A DNA stretch of 64,000 bases from Thraustochytrium aureum (Eukaryota): positions 12,121 through 76,120 of the forward strand of contig BLSG01000419.1 of NCBI GenBank assembly GCA_012862495.1, written 5' to 3'. This document shows, piece after piece, positions 12,601 through 23,600 of the stretch. Position numbers and translations under genes: made by a program. Positions within the stretch are counted from its first letter, which is position 1. Every line of letters begins with the position of its first letter. Under the pieces are notes generated by a model. The model was not told the origin of the DNA. It made no database searches and saw nothing but the letters and a program-made list of their open reading frames with translations.

Positions 12601-12654
12601 ATCCATCGCAGCAAATGCAGCCTCGGTGCGACTGTGTGCCTCGCCCTGTGCCAT
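9631..12654 (-). CDS. PKD2: Polycystin-2 (TRPP/PKD2)-like cation channel with N-terminal EF-hand, polyQ tract and a small C-terminal domain
   Basis: Uninterrupted ORF of about 1007 aa. EF loop DTNNDNVLSLDE; extracellular polycystin domain (LRARNWIDGGT..VFMVLYNGN); YFSDFWNWLDL; FRMFKHLSFHPRLGVVSRTI; pore FSTLGSSVGTLTRMM; S6 LLMLNILLGIVIATY; coiled coil RLEDRISDMDAKL. Confidence 0.85.
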   Translation of the reverse strand: MAQGEAHSRTEAAFAAMDTNNDNVLSLDEYKGTLLGDAAPGAGAAKMYEGPRFQGEASVPIDAELECLDKRIQSQKDCKSLMLYLMFLVCYLSIMICYPVTEEGAMIMESTNWVHRASSEDGGTAFEDVAEADAYWDWLDRVIVENLWEKPTLLQFNTILSGVFLTQRKTNFSALCDPLENALFTVCPRWPTPDAVVATANEGLNAILPQISPLVPADLRNTEFVELPLNRFDADTGKRVAVAKATVKSQVAQLRARNWIDGGTAETSVFMVLYNGNTKLWGTLQIRFLVRHTGGLQRDILTQSFLLNPLSDDVLESNAAPWQFRVTLEIIFALSMLLFFIKEVMDISLAIGAGVARAKAHGRGACNGALKGIGAYFSDFWNWLDLALVALGGLVIALQLQIYIALKETREHVSDAIPSGGQFDGDITVAYFMRVANMMALFQIANTMCMILAVFRMFKHLSFHPRLGVVSRTISRAMPSLLHFAIVVSLFVLGYAAVGFAMFSQRSTQFSTLGSSVGTLTRMMISGVDYSEFLGWMPSIHYSWWAYIPLTVYYFGFLAMGVLLMLNILLGIVIATYDVVGEEAEKGSESGTVVADARAGLRALATTLGLGRKPLAASKVDPMTSMLTSEDSELVRPSLATIFNELSTVRSMLVDHRAGAALSLPYRAVEAGPPVKVVFSFADLSQIFSDKVGLYLWAKYGPGNVKSNDETVKTSAEAETSATHVAELLLVNSRLEDRISDMDAKLNVLIATLAGVGGQATLVQQPSSKLVRTPTSTSIADLKDEAGAFLNKLVATRWEGDDLADHRHQQQQQQQPQQQLLQQQQLLQQQLLQQQEEQLLQQQQQQQQQMAKQTEPAPILRAQTAMPPLDLPLSRAGSRQQCASPLPTPVVEAKVASEVSSRSSSSSGSSGSSEASESVELTPEEQISQLLDLLLANGPCPLQRIKRDCAELALPWETVKRVRKERGIIQFQTMVSVDGDSGSKQVIRVWKRATPDELQKARQKRAL
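10108..10230 (-). repeat. CAG/polyglutamine microsatellite within the PKD2-like CDS
   Basis: (ctg)n runs on + strand encoding QQQQQQQPQQQLLQQQQLLQQQLLQQQEEQLLQQQQQQQQQ. Confidence 0.95.
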
Positions 12655-13359
12655 CTTGCTGTTCGGTTTGCCAGCTAGCCAGCCAGCCAGCCAGCGAGCC
12701 CTGGTGTCTCGCGTTGCAGCTCCGACCAGGGCGGCGCGGGGCAAAGACAGCTACTGCGTTCGGTGCTGGTCTACCTTTCGCCCGCTGTTGCTGCTGCGAG
12801 TCCGTGCACTAGAAATGCCTTGCACGACGACGTGGTCGTCCGGTCGAGCACCCGTCGAAAGCGTTGCTTGCCTCCAGCGCTGCAGCTCGTGCTGCTCCTG
12901 CCGTCTCTTCTGCTCTTGCTGCCGGTCGCGGTGGCCTTCGTTGAGGCGGCTGGTACTGTTGAACGGTGCCGATTGGCTGACCAACTCGACAGGGCGTCAG
13001 GTCGCGCGTGTTGTCGTTAGTCGCGTTACAGCCCTTCCATGCCAAAGAGCGGTTGAGAGCCTACCAGTTCACAGTCATGGGCATCCAAAGCACAGCCTAG
13101 AGACGTTCAACAGGCGCTTCGACCGCGCCAGTGTCAAGCCACGCGCATGCATGAGTGGCGTCAGTCCTGGAATCCGTTGGGCCTCACAGGCCAAGGCAAA
13201 AAACAGGCGGCACAAGTCGCCCGAAGGGGAAAACGGGGGAGATTAGATGCTGGCGCCGTCGCTGCGACTCTGCCTGCCCTCGCGAGGCAATCCGCTGGCG
13301 AGGAGAGGCGGCCGGCCGGCTCCTCCGTCGGAGGCTGAGGCGAGCGTGCTGAGGTTTGT

Positions 13360-13450
13360 TCTTGCGCATTTTGCGTGTTTTTTTGCCTGTTTTCTGCCTG
13401 TTTTTTGCCTGTTTTCTTGTTCTTTTTTGCCTGTTTCCTTTTTTTTCGAT
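13360..13450 (+). repeat. T-rich low-complexity tract with repeated TTGCCTGTTT-like units
   Basis: ttttgcctgttttctgcctgttttttgcctgttttcttgttcttttttgcctgtttcc, in the divergent region between the PKD2-like and CCDC96-like genes. Confidence 0.7.
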
Positions 13451-13662
13451 CCGTTGAATAGCGCAGACCGACAACCAGGACCACCAGGACGCGACGCAGC
13501 CAGGCAGGCCAGCCAGCCAGCCAGCGAGGCAGGCACGCAGGCGCGCAGGCAAGTAGGGAGGCAGTGCAGCGTCCGCACGCGCCATTTCCTTCGTCGCGCG
13601 CAGCTGCTGACTCGCCCGGCGGGCCTCGGTTAGGCAGGACGAGAGCTGCTGAGGCAGCCGCC

Positions 13663-16600
13663 ATGGCCGAGGAAGAGAAGGGAAGCGGGGAGGCCATGGA
13701 GGCCATGGAAGCGGCGGAAGGGCTGCTGCAAGGCGAGGAGAACGGCGACGCCGAGAATGACGCGGAAGCAAAAGAGGAGGCGGAGGATGATGCAGCGGAA
13801 GGCGACGAAGACAACGCGTTTCGCACGCAGCTCGAGTTGGTCGAGTTCGTCAATAAGAAACGCGAGGACGAAGGGTTCAAGTTTCTGACCCACGACCCGG
13901 CGCTGAGCCGCGCCGCACAAGCACACGCCGAGGAGCTTTTGCAGCAGAGGTGGGAGCCCGGCGCGGAGTTTCAAGGCAAAGGGCCCCACCGGCGGTATTT
14001 TGAGGCCGGATCGAGCGCCTGCGTCGCTGAGCGCGTGAGCGTTTTCCCAGCAAGCGCTGGCAAAGAGTACGACTCGAACAACGCGCGCCGCGCGCTGGCG
14101 CGAACGCGCGAAAAGCTCCTGCAAAAGGACAGCGCCATCAAAGACGCGCTCAAGGGCTCGTACACGCACGCCGGGTTTGGTGCCGCGGTGTGTGAGGACG
14201 TCCTGTACGTCGTAGCCGCGCTCTCGCACCAGCTAGGAGAGCTACACGAGATGGAGGGAGTCGACCTCCAAAGCAAGCAGCTGGTCCACGGGACCATCAG
14301 CAAGCCCAAGGAAAAGAAAGAGCCAAAGTGGGCCCCTGTTGGCTGCACGGTCCACTTTTACCCCGAAGACGCGGAGGCCTCCATTCCAGCGACCTACCTC
14401 GCCCCAGCGCAGCGGCAGCGCCGCGGCAAAGCCAAGGCGCTTGCGGACGCGGACGGCGAGAGCAAAGAGGGAGAATCAAAGGACGGCGAGGACACGGTCG
14501 CCTCTGCACGCTCAGCGGCGTCTCGCGCGGCTCCAGGGCCCTCTGATGGGTACAGCGGCCAAGGCAGTGGTGAGCTCGTCAGCGTCGTGTACCCTTGGCA
14601 GATCGACTTTGAGCCGAGCGACAGGTCATTCTGCTTTGAGCTGGACCTGCCCACGCAGCTGCAGCGCCGCGGCCTTTACGAAGTGCCTCGAGGCGTATTC
14701 CACATCCGAGTTTACGCGCAAGACCCCGCGCTGGGCGACGTCCCTGGCTCGGAGCAAGCAGGTTACTCCCTCCCGGACCCGGCCAAGCACGTCTGCGTGT
14801 GCAGCGCGAGTTTTTCGCACCCTCCCCTGCCCGGCACCAAGTCTTTCGCAGTGGAGCGGGAGGTGGCGAGGGATCGTAAGCGGCGCCTCGTCACGCTTCC
14901 CATCGAGCAAGTCCAGGTCCTCGCCCCGCGACAGCTAGTTCCGGACGGCTTTGAGGTTTACGTCCCGCGCGGCGGCACCCAAGGCCGGAGCAAACTCCCG
15001 CTCATGTGCTACAAAAAGTCTGAATCCGAGGCAGAGCTTGCGGCTGCATCGGAGGAGGGGTCTGCCAAGTTTGTTGTCGAGCTCGCCGTTGCATTTGGCG
15101 AGGATGACGTCCCGCCCGGGTTTGAAATCGTCAGGAGCGTCAAGGAAAACAGGGTCGTGAACATGCGGACTTTCCTGCCGCGCGACGACGACGACCATGC
15201 CTCATTCAAGAGCAGGGGCCGCGGGACTCCGGCCAAGTCCGAGCAAGCCGGCGACGAAAAAGCCGAGGATGAGGACAACGGCGACGAGAACGCCGAAGGT
15301 GTCGGCGACGACGGAGATGAGGAGCCAATCTTTCTCTGCGTGAGACTCAGTGATGACCCCGTTGAGACCTCGACGCGCGGAATCACCGACATTTTCCTGC
15401 AGCTTGACGCAGACGAGGGCTCCCACGCCGCATACGAAAAGCTAGACATCGTGCCCGGGACGATGCATGCCATGTTTCGCGTCGTCGGGTCGGGCGCCGA
15501 GGAGCTCGAGGAGGAGGAGCTCGAGGCCGTCCCCACGGGCGAGGGCCTCGCTGGAGAAGACTCGGACGACGAGGAGGAAGACGACGAAGAAGCCTTGGAC
15601 GGCGCCAACCGTGACGAGTGGGGCGAGCTCGAGGGCAAGGACCTCGACCACATCGGCAGGCTCGACCCGGACTCGCTCGAGGGCGGCGACCTCGGGGAGT
15701 GCATCCTACCCACGGCGGAGAGCAAGCGCGCCGAGCTCGAGGAGGCCGAGCGCGCTGCGCAAGTGAGCCGCATCGAGGGCCTAATCGAGAACGCCCGGGC
15801 AGAGCGCGAAAAGCTCATCTCGGAAAATCTGGGATTGCAGAAGGGGTTGGTGCCGTTCTTGACCAAAAAGCAAATGCAACGGCAGCTTCAATTGCAAAAG
15901 CTCCAAGCCGAGGGAAAGGCCGGCGACGAAGAGGTCGGCTTTCCAGGCGAGGAGCCCGAGAACGCGGCTTCGCAAGACCAGGCAGGAATCCAGGAGAAGG
16001 AGAGGCAGTATGTAAACTCGCTCAACGCGTGCAACGACGCTCAAGACACTCTTCGGCGAACACGAGACGCGTATGACAAGGTCGCCATGGATCTTCAGAC
16101 GCGGCTGGACGACAAGGAGGCCAAGGCAACGGAGATTCGCAACTCCTTTGCCCACTTTAAGCGCGAGATCGCCAAGGCGGCAGAAAACTCGCGCACAGGC
16201 AAGCCGATCCCCATGCGCATTATTAAACAGTTTGAGGAGACCGAGCAGCAGAAGGACAGCGACGTCGAGAAGGTCCGCCTCAAGAACATCAACCTGCGCG
16301 CCCAGCTCCGCAAGCTCGAAAACGCATTGCACGAGAAGGAGAAGCTCGCCGAGGGCTTGCACCTGATCGACTTTGAGCAGCTCAAGATCGAGAACCAGAC
16401 CCTCAACGAGAAGATCGAGGAGAGAAACGAGGAGCTGCACAAGCTGCGCAAGAAAACGACGACCACGGTGCAGGTGCTCACGCACATCAAGGAGAAGCTG
16501 CAGTATGTCCAGGCCGAGGTGGTACAGCTCAAAGCAGAGCTAGGCGAGCTCGACAAGGAGGTCACGGCGAGCCGCGACCAGCTCACCAAGAGCAAGCATG

Positions 16601-16900
16601 CCCGCGACGCGCTTCGCTGCAACAACGAAGCGCGGAAGCGCGACCAGGGCTTTGTCAACTCGTCGCTGCTCGTCAACGACTTCCAGCAGCGCAAGCTCGA
16701 GATCAAAGCGCTCAAGAGGAAGATCCGCGACCTGCAGCAAAAGTATTCCAACCTGACGGGCGTCAACCTGGACGCCATCACCTCCAAGGCGGCCGCTCGC
16801 TCGCCCACAGCAGCCCCAAGGCGCTTCGCGACACGAATAGATAGAATGACATCGGAGCCCAGGCTGCCACGTTTCCTATTGATGTGCACCGCCCACCTCC
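13663..16900 (+). CDS. CCDC96: CCDC96/CFAP184 (DUF4201)-like ciliary coiled-coil protein with N-terminal CAP and MABP-like domains
   Basis: C-terminal signature AENSRTGKPIP...VRLKNI...LAEGLHLIDFEQLKIENQTLNEKIEERNEELHKLRKK..TVQVLTHIKEKL. N-terminal CAP-like segment FVNKKRE..G...L.HDPALSRAAQAHAEEL...YTHAGFG. The 3' end is uncertain because of the gap. Confidence 0.85.
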
Positions 16901-17092
16901 NNNNNNNNNNNNNNNNNNNNNNNNNNNNNNNNNNNNNNNNNNNNNNNNNNNNNNNNNNNNNNNNNNNNNNNNNNNNNNNNNNNNNNNNNNNNNNNNNACA
17001 GCAGGCAGCGTAGCCCAGCTCGCGCGCGCGCGCCGCAGAGCATAGGGGCGGCCCGGCCGGCCTTGAAGCCCGGAGGTAGAGTACCTGGGGGA

Positions 17093-18079
17093 ATGCGCAC
17101 GACTGCAGCCGCCCTTCGCCAGGGCCGGGCAGCAGCGCCACTGCTGTTTCTCCTTATTTCGCTGCTGCTGGAAGCGCCTCCTGCTGCTGCTGCTGCTGCT
17201 GCTGCGGCGGCGGCGGCCGGGGGAAACTCGGCCGCGAGCGGCGGCCCTCACCAGAACGACGTCCAGGAGGACGACGAACGACCAGAGTTTAGCGTGGTCG
17301 TCCCAGCTCACGAGCCGCTGCAAGAGCCATGGGAGCAGGCCACAGAGTTTGGAGGGGTGCTCAAGGGCGAGAAAGTCGTTCGCGGATGCCACATGCCGGA
17401 GGCCAAACGGCACGTCGAAGACGGTTTCCTGACGGAGGATGATGCGGCCCTCCTTCTCGGCATGGTCGAGCGTGGCATGCAGGGGCGCGACCAAAGCGGC
17501 GGGCCAACCATCCTCGACGTGAACTCTGGATTTTGCAAGGACGGGCTCGGGTTAGCCAACATCTACCAGGGCGAGGATCGCGTCACGTTCACCGAGCAAG
17601 AGTATGCTGTTTACCGAACGATGTTCGAGAGGATCCGGCAGCGCATCATGGAGGTCAACGGGCTGGACGAGCTCTACTTTACTGCGCCGACCTTTGTCGC
17701 GCGTACGATCGGCAGTGCGACGTGGAAGCCTCGCGAGCCGCACGACGAGTACTGGCATGGCCACATCGACAAGGAAAACACGTTCCACTATGACTATTCC
17801 GGGCTCGTCTACTTGTCGACGCATGGACAAGACTTTGAGGGGGGCGAGTTTCTTTTCCTCGATCCTGACGGGTACAAAGCTGTGCTTCCAAGACGCGGCC
17901 GGTTCATCACCTTTGCCTCGGGCCGCGAGAACCCGCACCGCTTCCTCAAGGTCACGAATGGGACAAGGTTTGCCTTCTCCATGTGGTTCACCTGCGACAA
18001 GTCCAAGCAGTTTGCCACGTTCCTGGACGGCAAGGCGCACCAGACGGTCTTGTCGCGGACAGGCAAGGATGAGCTCTGA
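17093..18079 (+). CDS. OGFOD3: 2OG-Fe(II) dioxygenase, OGFOD3-like, with signal peptide and KDEL
   Basis: GGPTILD...LYFTAPTF..R...HDEYWHGHIDK..T.HYDYSGLVYLS...DFEGGEF...FASGRENPHR..KV..GTRFAFSMWFTCD (HxD...H...R). Hydrophobic N-terminal signal and C-terminal KDEL*. Confidence 0.85.
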   Translation: MRTTAAALRQGRAAAPLLFLLISLLLEAPPAAAAAAAAAAAAGGNSAASGGPHQNDVQEDDERPEFSVVVPAHEPLQEPWEQATEFGGVLKGEKVVRGCHMPEAKRHVEDGFLTEDDAALLLGMVERGMQGRDQSGGPTILDVNSGFCKDGLGLANIYQGEDRVTFTEQEYAVYRTMFERIRQRIMEVNGLDELYFTAPTFVARTIGSATWKPREPHDEYWHGHIDKENTFHYDYSGLVYLSTHGQDFEGGEFLFLDPDGYKAVLPRRGRFITFASGRENPHRFLKVTNGTRFAFSMWFTCDKSKQFATFLDGKAHQTVLSRTGKDEL

Positions 18080-18311
18080 GTCTTTCTCGTCGCGTGAATG
18101 AACTCGGCCGAGTCGGCCGGATCGCGGAAGAAGTGCCCTGGTGCATTGGTTTATCTTGAAAGCATTCTTGAAAGCATAACATGCTTTCTTTCGCTTCCAC
18201 TTCCGCTTTGATTAGGCGTCAGCCATGTCAGCCAGGGCTGTGTCTTTCCTTGGCGCTGAGTTTGCGTTGCCGATCTCGTGTCGCCGACGCGGAGCTCAGC
18301 GAGTACGCGCC

Positions 18312-19506
18312 TCACGCGTGCGCGGCCGGCCGCAAGGCCTTTTGAGCGAGCACGACAGCGACGCCGCCGCGCGTCGAGTACGCGGCAGGGTCCGAAGACG
18401 CTACGGCGGCGCACTCTGCGGCGATGGCTGACAGAATGCGCAAGGATTCATCGTCCCGGGCCCCGTGCTGCTCGAGTATTTTGGCGAGCACCGGCCGGAC
18501 CGTGGCGAGAATTGCCTCGGAGATGCCACGCCCAAAGGCAGCAACATTGTTTGAACGTTGCAGTTCACTCAGGTAGGGGCACGCAACAGTCTTGATTTCG
18601 ATCTGCGCCGGCAAGAGTCCCGCTTCCGAGGCAGGTTGCTTGTCGCCGCGGCGGAAAGAGCGGCTCAGCTGGTCGAGGTCGCGCGGCGCAGCGCGGATGA
18701 AGAAATCGCGCTGCACAAAGGTCGGAACCTTGCCCGCGTCGACCAAGTTGGCGATCGCGCGGTCCAGCGCCAAGCAGCAACCGCCAAGGTGGTGAAGCGG
18801 GGCGCTGGGGCCAACCGCGTCTTGCGTAAACAGCAAGTAGCCGCCAGGAACGAGCTCGGTCTCTCTGGCCCTGCAGAACGCCTCCATGGAGCGGTCGCTG
18901 CTCGAACGAACAGCCTCTTTGAAGGGGCCGTCCGACAGCGCATGAAACGTCGTTGCCTCCGGCGGCAGATCGTCAGGGGAGGTCGTCCAGCCAGTGCAGG
19001 CAAGAAAAAGAGAGAACGAGGTGGACGCTCGCCGTCGGTGCGAGCCGCTCCTCGAACGATCCAGCGACGGCAGAGACAAAGAGGTTGGGATCGGCGCGCG
19101 CCAGAAGTTCGTCCGCGGTGCGGAAGAGCCTGTTCCACTCATTCTCGCGACGGTCCACGAACGCGATCTGGACCGGGACGTGGGCGCCAAACCTCTTGCG
19201 CAAACTTGGAACGACGTGGTCACGGAGGAGCTCGCAGTCATTCTTGCCCGTGCTCGACCCGATGCACATGATGCGGACGCTTTCGTCGCGATCGGGTCGG
19301 AACGCGATGCGCTCAGCCGCCATCCTCGCGAGCCCTTGCGTTTCGCGCTGGCAGACCTGTTCCGCGATCGAGTGATCATCGTAGGCGTCAGACATGCCCG
19401 GTACCGTTTGCCTGGGCGTCATCAGCCCGGCCGTTCGCTGCGACGGCGCATCAGCTTGCATTCTGCTCAAGAGCGCGCCAAACCTTCGTGAAGCTCGGAT
19501 CATCAC
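18312..19506 (-). CDS. SAM-dependent carboxyl methyltransferase, SABATH/Methyltransf_7-like
   Basis: YDDHS..EQ; IMCIGSSTGKND; FVDRRENEWNRLF; AVAGSFEERLAPTASVHLVLSFSCLHWLD; RETELVPGGYL. One extra C in a C4 run at about 18977 joins the ORFs. Start codon uncertain. Confidence 0.8.
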
Positions 19507-20212
19507 CTTGGGTCGGCACGCACGCTGAACGGCCCAATCGCTCGACGTTTCGAGTCTGCCGTGGCAGTCCGCGGGTCAGTCCAGTTTCAAAAGCAGCAAC
19601 GTTGCGCGCGCAAGCGCATCTCTATTCGAAGAGAGCAGATCGACAACAAGATACCTACCCGATGATCGACCGATCGATCGATCGATCGACTGCTGGATCG
19701 AGCCACATCCTCCAGGGCACACCATCCAGGGCACACCATCCATCCGTCCATGCGCCCACGACGACGAACAGCGCCACGCCCATCCGCGAGTCTCGGAAAC
19801 AAGCCCTGGCGAGCGGCCGCTCCGTTATCCCGCAGCACCTTGCAGCCNNNNNNNNNNNNNNNNNNNNNNNNNNNNNNNNNNNNNNNNNNNNNNNNNNNNN
19901 NNNNNNNNNNNNNNNNNNNNNNNNNNNNNNNNNNNNNNNNNNNNNNNNNNNNNNNNNNNNNNNNNNNNNNNNNNNNNNNNNNNNNNNNNNNNNNNNNNNN
20001 NNNNNNNNNNNNNNNNNNNNNNNNNNNNNNNNNNNNNNNNNNNNNNNNNNNNNNNNNNNGCGAGCGCACACTGCCATGGATAACGGACCCGGATAACAAA
20101 CCCGCAGCGCCAAGCAGAGCCGCGCGGGGCGGACAGACTCTTGGGGCGGTTGGCGCAGGGCTGCGAGGTGCCAGACCCGCATCACCGCCGCGCGCAGGGG
20201 CCGTACGCTGCC

Positions 20213-20297
20213 GGCGCTGCTGTCCGTCGGCGCTGCTGTCCGTCGGCGCTGCTGTCCGTCGGCGCTGCTGTCCGTCGGCGCTGCTGTCCGTCGGCGC
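20213..20297 (+). repeat. Perfect minisatellite, 16-bp unit GGCGCTGCTGTCCGTC x5 plus partial copy
   Basis: Units start at 20213, 20229, 20245, 20261 and 20277. Confidence 0.95.
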
Positions 20298-20697
20298 CTG
20301 TTGCGGCTCTGCTGGCTGCCGCTGCTGCGGCGCTGCAGGTGTTTTGTTGTGTGTTTTGTTTTGGTGGGGTTTTTTTGGCCGGTTGCCCTGCCTCTTCGCC
20401 GCGCACGCCGCGCGCACACCGCGGCGCTGCTCTGGGCGCCTGTTCGGCTTGCTCTGCTGGCTGCTGCTGCGGCGCTGCTGGCGCTGCTACTTTTGGGGCG
20501 GGCTGCCTCCGATTTCTGGTTGTTTTTCGTTGGTGACGATGGATCCCGGCGGGGATGATGGCCTGGGGAGGTCGGCGGTGGTGAGCCGTGGACGGAGCGA
20601 CGGAGGCGAGGGGCGCCGCGGGTCGATGGTTCCAAGGTTTCGGGAGGCGGGCTCGCCGCGGCGTCGAGTTGCTCAGTTTTTGTACGGCGCGCCAAAA

Positions 20698-23600
20698 ATG
20701 GCGCCGTCGCGAGGCAGCGAGCTAGCCAGCTTTGGGGCGAAGAGCAGCGTGGCGCGGCGCGATCAGCTTCGAGAGCAAGCGCTGCACTGGCTGACAGGGG
20801 GCAACATGCGGGGTGCGATCAACAGTGCTTTGGAGAGCATCCGGATCATGGAGACTGAGGCTGGCTCGATCAGCGAAATGTTGCCAGGTAGGTTTCAGGC
20901 CATGCTGCTCAGCCTGCATAGGTGCGGCTGAGCGTGAGGCCCGGCGAGGGGCGGCGGCGAGAGGGGCCGGCGAGAGGTTGAATAGTGGTTGCGATGATGC
21001 CCAAAGTACGTTTGGCGACAGTCAGCATCGCGGTTGGCATCTTGGTGTACGTGTTGAGCACGGCTCTGGTGGACACCGACCCTAGACGCAGCCCAACGCG
21101 CACCAGCGTCCCAGACGTTTTCCTAACCTAAGGTACCATCGAGGCTGCGGCTTTCGCGGCCTCAATGGTTAGGCGTGCCTTGGTGCGTCTTGTCATCGAG
21201 CTTCTTTGTGTCGCATATCTTTGCTCAACCGTGAAAAGAAATGCGTAGCGGGGGCAGGGTCTAGGGATCAGGTGGCCAGGGCTTTCTGCCGAGGAGTCAC
21301 TGCCCGCGACAAGCGCTGCGCTACGCCGCAGCCCTTATCGGACAGCCTGTGCAGGTTTAGGGGTGCTGTTCATCAGCCCCCGGTTACCACGTGCAGTGTC
21401 TGGATCCTCGGGCTTGCGGACACCGCAGCCAAGGCGTGCAGCGTCGATGGCCTCGCAGCCTGTAGCCCTTGGTCTCCGTCGGCCCGTGCGAAGCGGGCGG
21501 GGCAACTCAAGACTGAGCAACCACTACTCTCTGGCATGTTGTGTTTGGGGTTGGGGTGGGATGTTGTGGTTGGATTGGCAGCGTGCGTTCGTTGTCGGGT
21601 GAGACAGCCCAGGACGCCTCGCGCAGCTGGTAGGCCGCTGTGGCGGCCCGCCAGCACGAGGCAGCAGAGGCGGCGGCGCGGTTGTCACGTGGGGTTGCTG
21701 CGCTTGCGGTATCTGACTTGCCGATGCTGACGACACGTATTTCGCGCAGAGTGTATGGTGTTGACCCGCGCATATTTTAAACTCTGTGACCACGCGGAAG
21801 CGCGATTCTATCTCAATCGCTGCGACAAGCTGGTGCGCCGCGAGCCGTATGAGGATGCCGCCACAAACGCCGCGCTTTACAGCATGCTGGCAGAGCTGCA
21901 CATGCTGAACGACGACTTTGACCGCGCCACCACGCTCTACAACGAGTACCTGCGGCGAATGGAGCAAATCTTTGGCACAATGCACATCGCCACCAGCGAC
22001 TGCTACAACGTACTGGCTGCCTTTTTCACGCACCGCGGCCAGTACGGAACTGCCCTAGAGTACTGCACCAAGTCGCTCGTGATCCGTATGGAGCAGCTCG
22101 GCCTAAACCACCCCTTCACAGCGGACAGCCACTACAACATGGGTCTACTGTACCGACTGTATGGACGCCCCACTGACGCAAGGCGCGAGTTTGCCGTCGC
22201 GCGCGACATTCGCAAGGCGATCTTCGGGCCGGACAGTCTCGAAGTCGCCGAGGTGGAGCTCAGTATGGGTTTTACGGACCACCAGCTTGGCAACCTCATT
22301 GAGGCGCACGAGCTTTGTGAGCGCGCCTATGGCACTCGGCGCCGCACGCTCGGGCGCCGGCATCCTGACACTCTCGAGGCCCTCAACCTGCTAGACACTG
22401 TACGCGTCGCGCAGGGCGTGCCGCGCTTCGACGACTCCAAGTCCCCGACGCGGTCGCACCAGCGCCCTCTCGAAGGAGCGGGAAACTCGTTTGGCAGCCG
22501 CGCTGCGGCCCATCATGCGCGCTTTGACCAGTTCCAGCTCGCCAGGGTCGTCGACCGACTCGTGAAACGAGATCTGGTCACGGTGGCCTTCGGGGCACGC
22601 GTGAAGCACGCGGCTCAGACAGAAGGCGCGCTGTCTCCGCACGAGCTCAAGGAGAGGTTCATGTCTCGCTACCCACAGTGCGTTGGCGCCTTGCTCGAGG
22701 AGCTCGAAGACGACAGCTCGCCTCCGCTCGGCCAAGCCGAGGCTTTGAGGAGGAGACCAAACATCAGGTGCGCGCCAAGCCGGTCCGCTTGTCGTCCCAG
22801 CGGGAGGCCTCCGGATCGCCTGGCTCGCGCAGCCTGTTCGCCGCCTATCCTGCTCGCCAAGAGGATGGCACCCAAGTCCACTACCCGAGTTCGCCACTCG
22901 TTAGCCGTGGTGAAGGAGATTTGGCAGACTACACGGGACAGCGTCCGAACCCAGGAACGCGGGGCAAAGGCCCTGGTGGCTTTCAGAGGGAGGTTGCTGG
23001 CGTCGATGGAAGGTCGTCGAGTGCCAGCGGCGGCCTGTCGCGCCCCGAAGCGTATGGAAATGCCGACGGCCCGGCAAGCTGGGCGTTTGGGCTGGGCAGC
23101 GGCTCCGGAAGCCCCGGCGCGTCGCTAGCGACTCCCAGGTGCTCGGTGTGGGTGGTGCTGGCGCACAACCTGCGCAACCGTTCCAAATGAGCTGGATGGC
23201 TGCAATGACAGAGAAGGAGAAAGAGTTGCTCTCCAAGCAGGACCGCGGGTTTGGCGTCTCCTCCCTTGAAAGCGGGGGCAGTGCTCATGGGCGCGGTGAC
23301 ACGCGACCAACGAGCGCAGGCGGTCTCGGCAGCCGCGCAGGTGGGACCGCGCCAAACCAACCGGCGTTCGCTTCTGGCTACTTTGACAACCACCCACTTG
23401 CCCGCGATACCGGCGCTGGCGGAGCGGTTGGCGGGTTGGAGGAGAACTCATCTTTCCGATTGGGTGGGCTCGGCCAAGGCGGCGCGGGCGCCGGGGCCGG
23501 TTCTGGAGCTGGTGGTGGATTTGGTTCAGGGGCAGGGTCCGGCACTGGGAGTGGCGGCTTTGGCGCCGGGGCCGGTTCTGGAGCTGATAGCGGATTTGGC

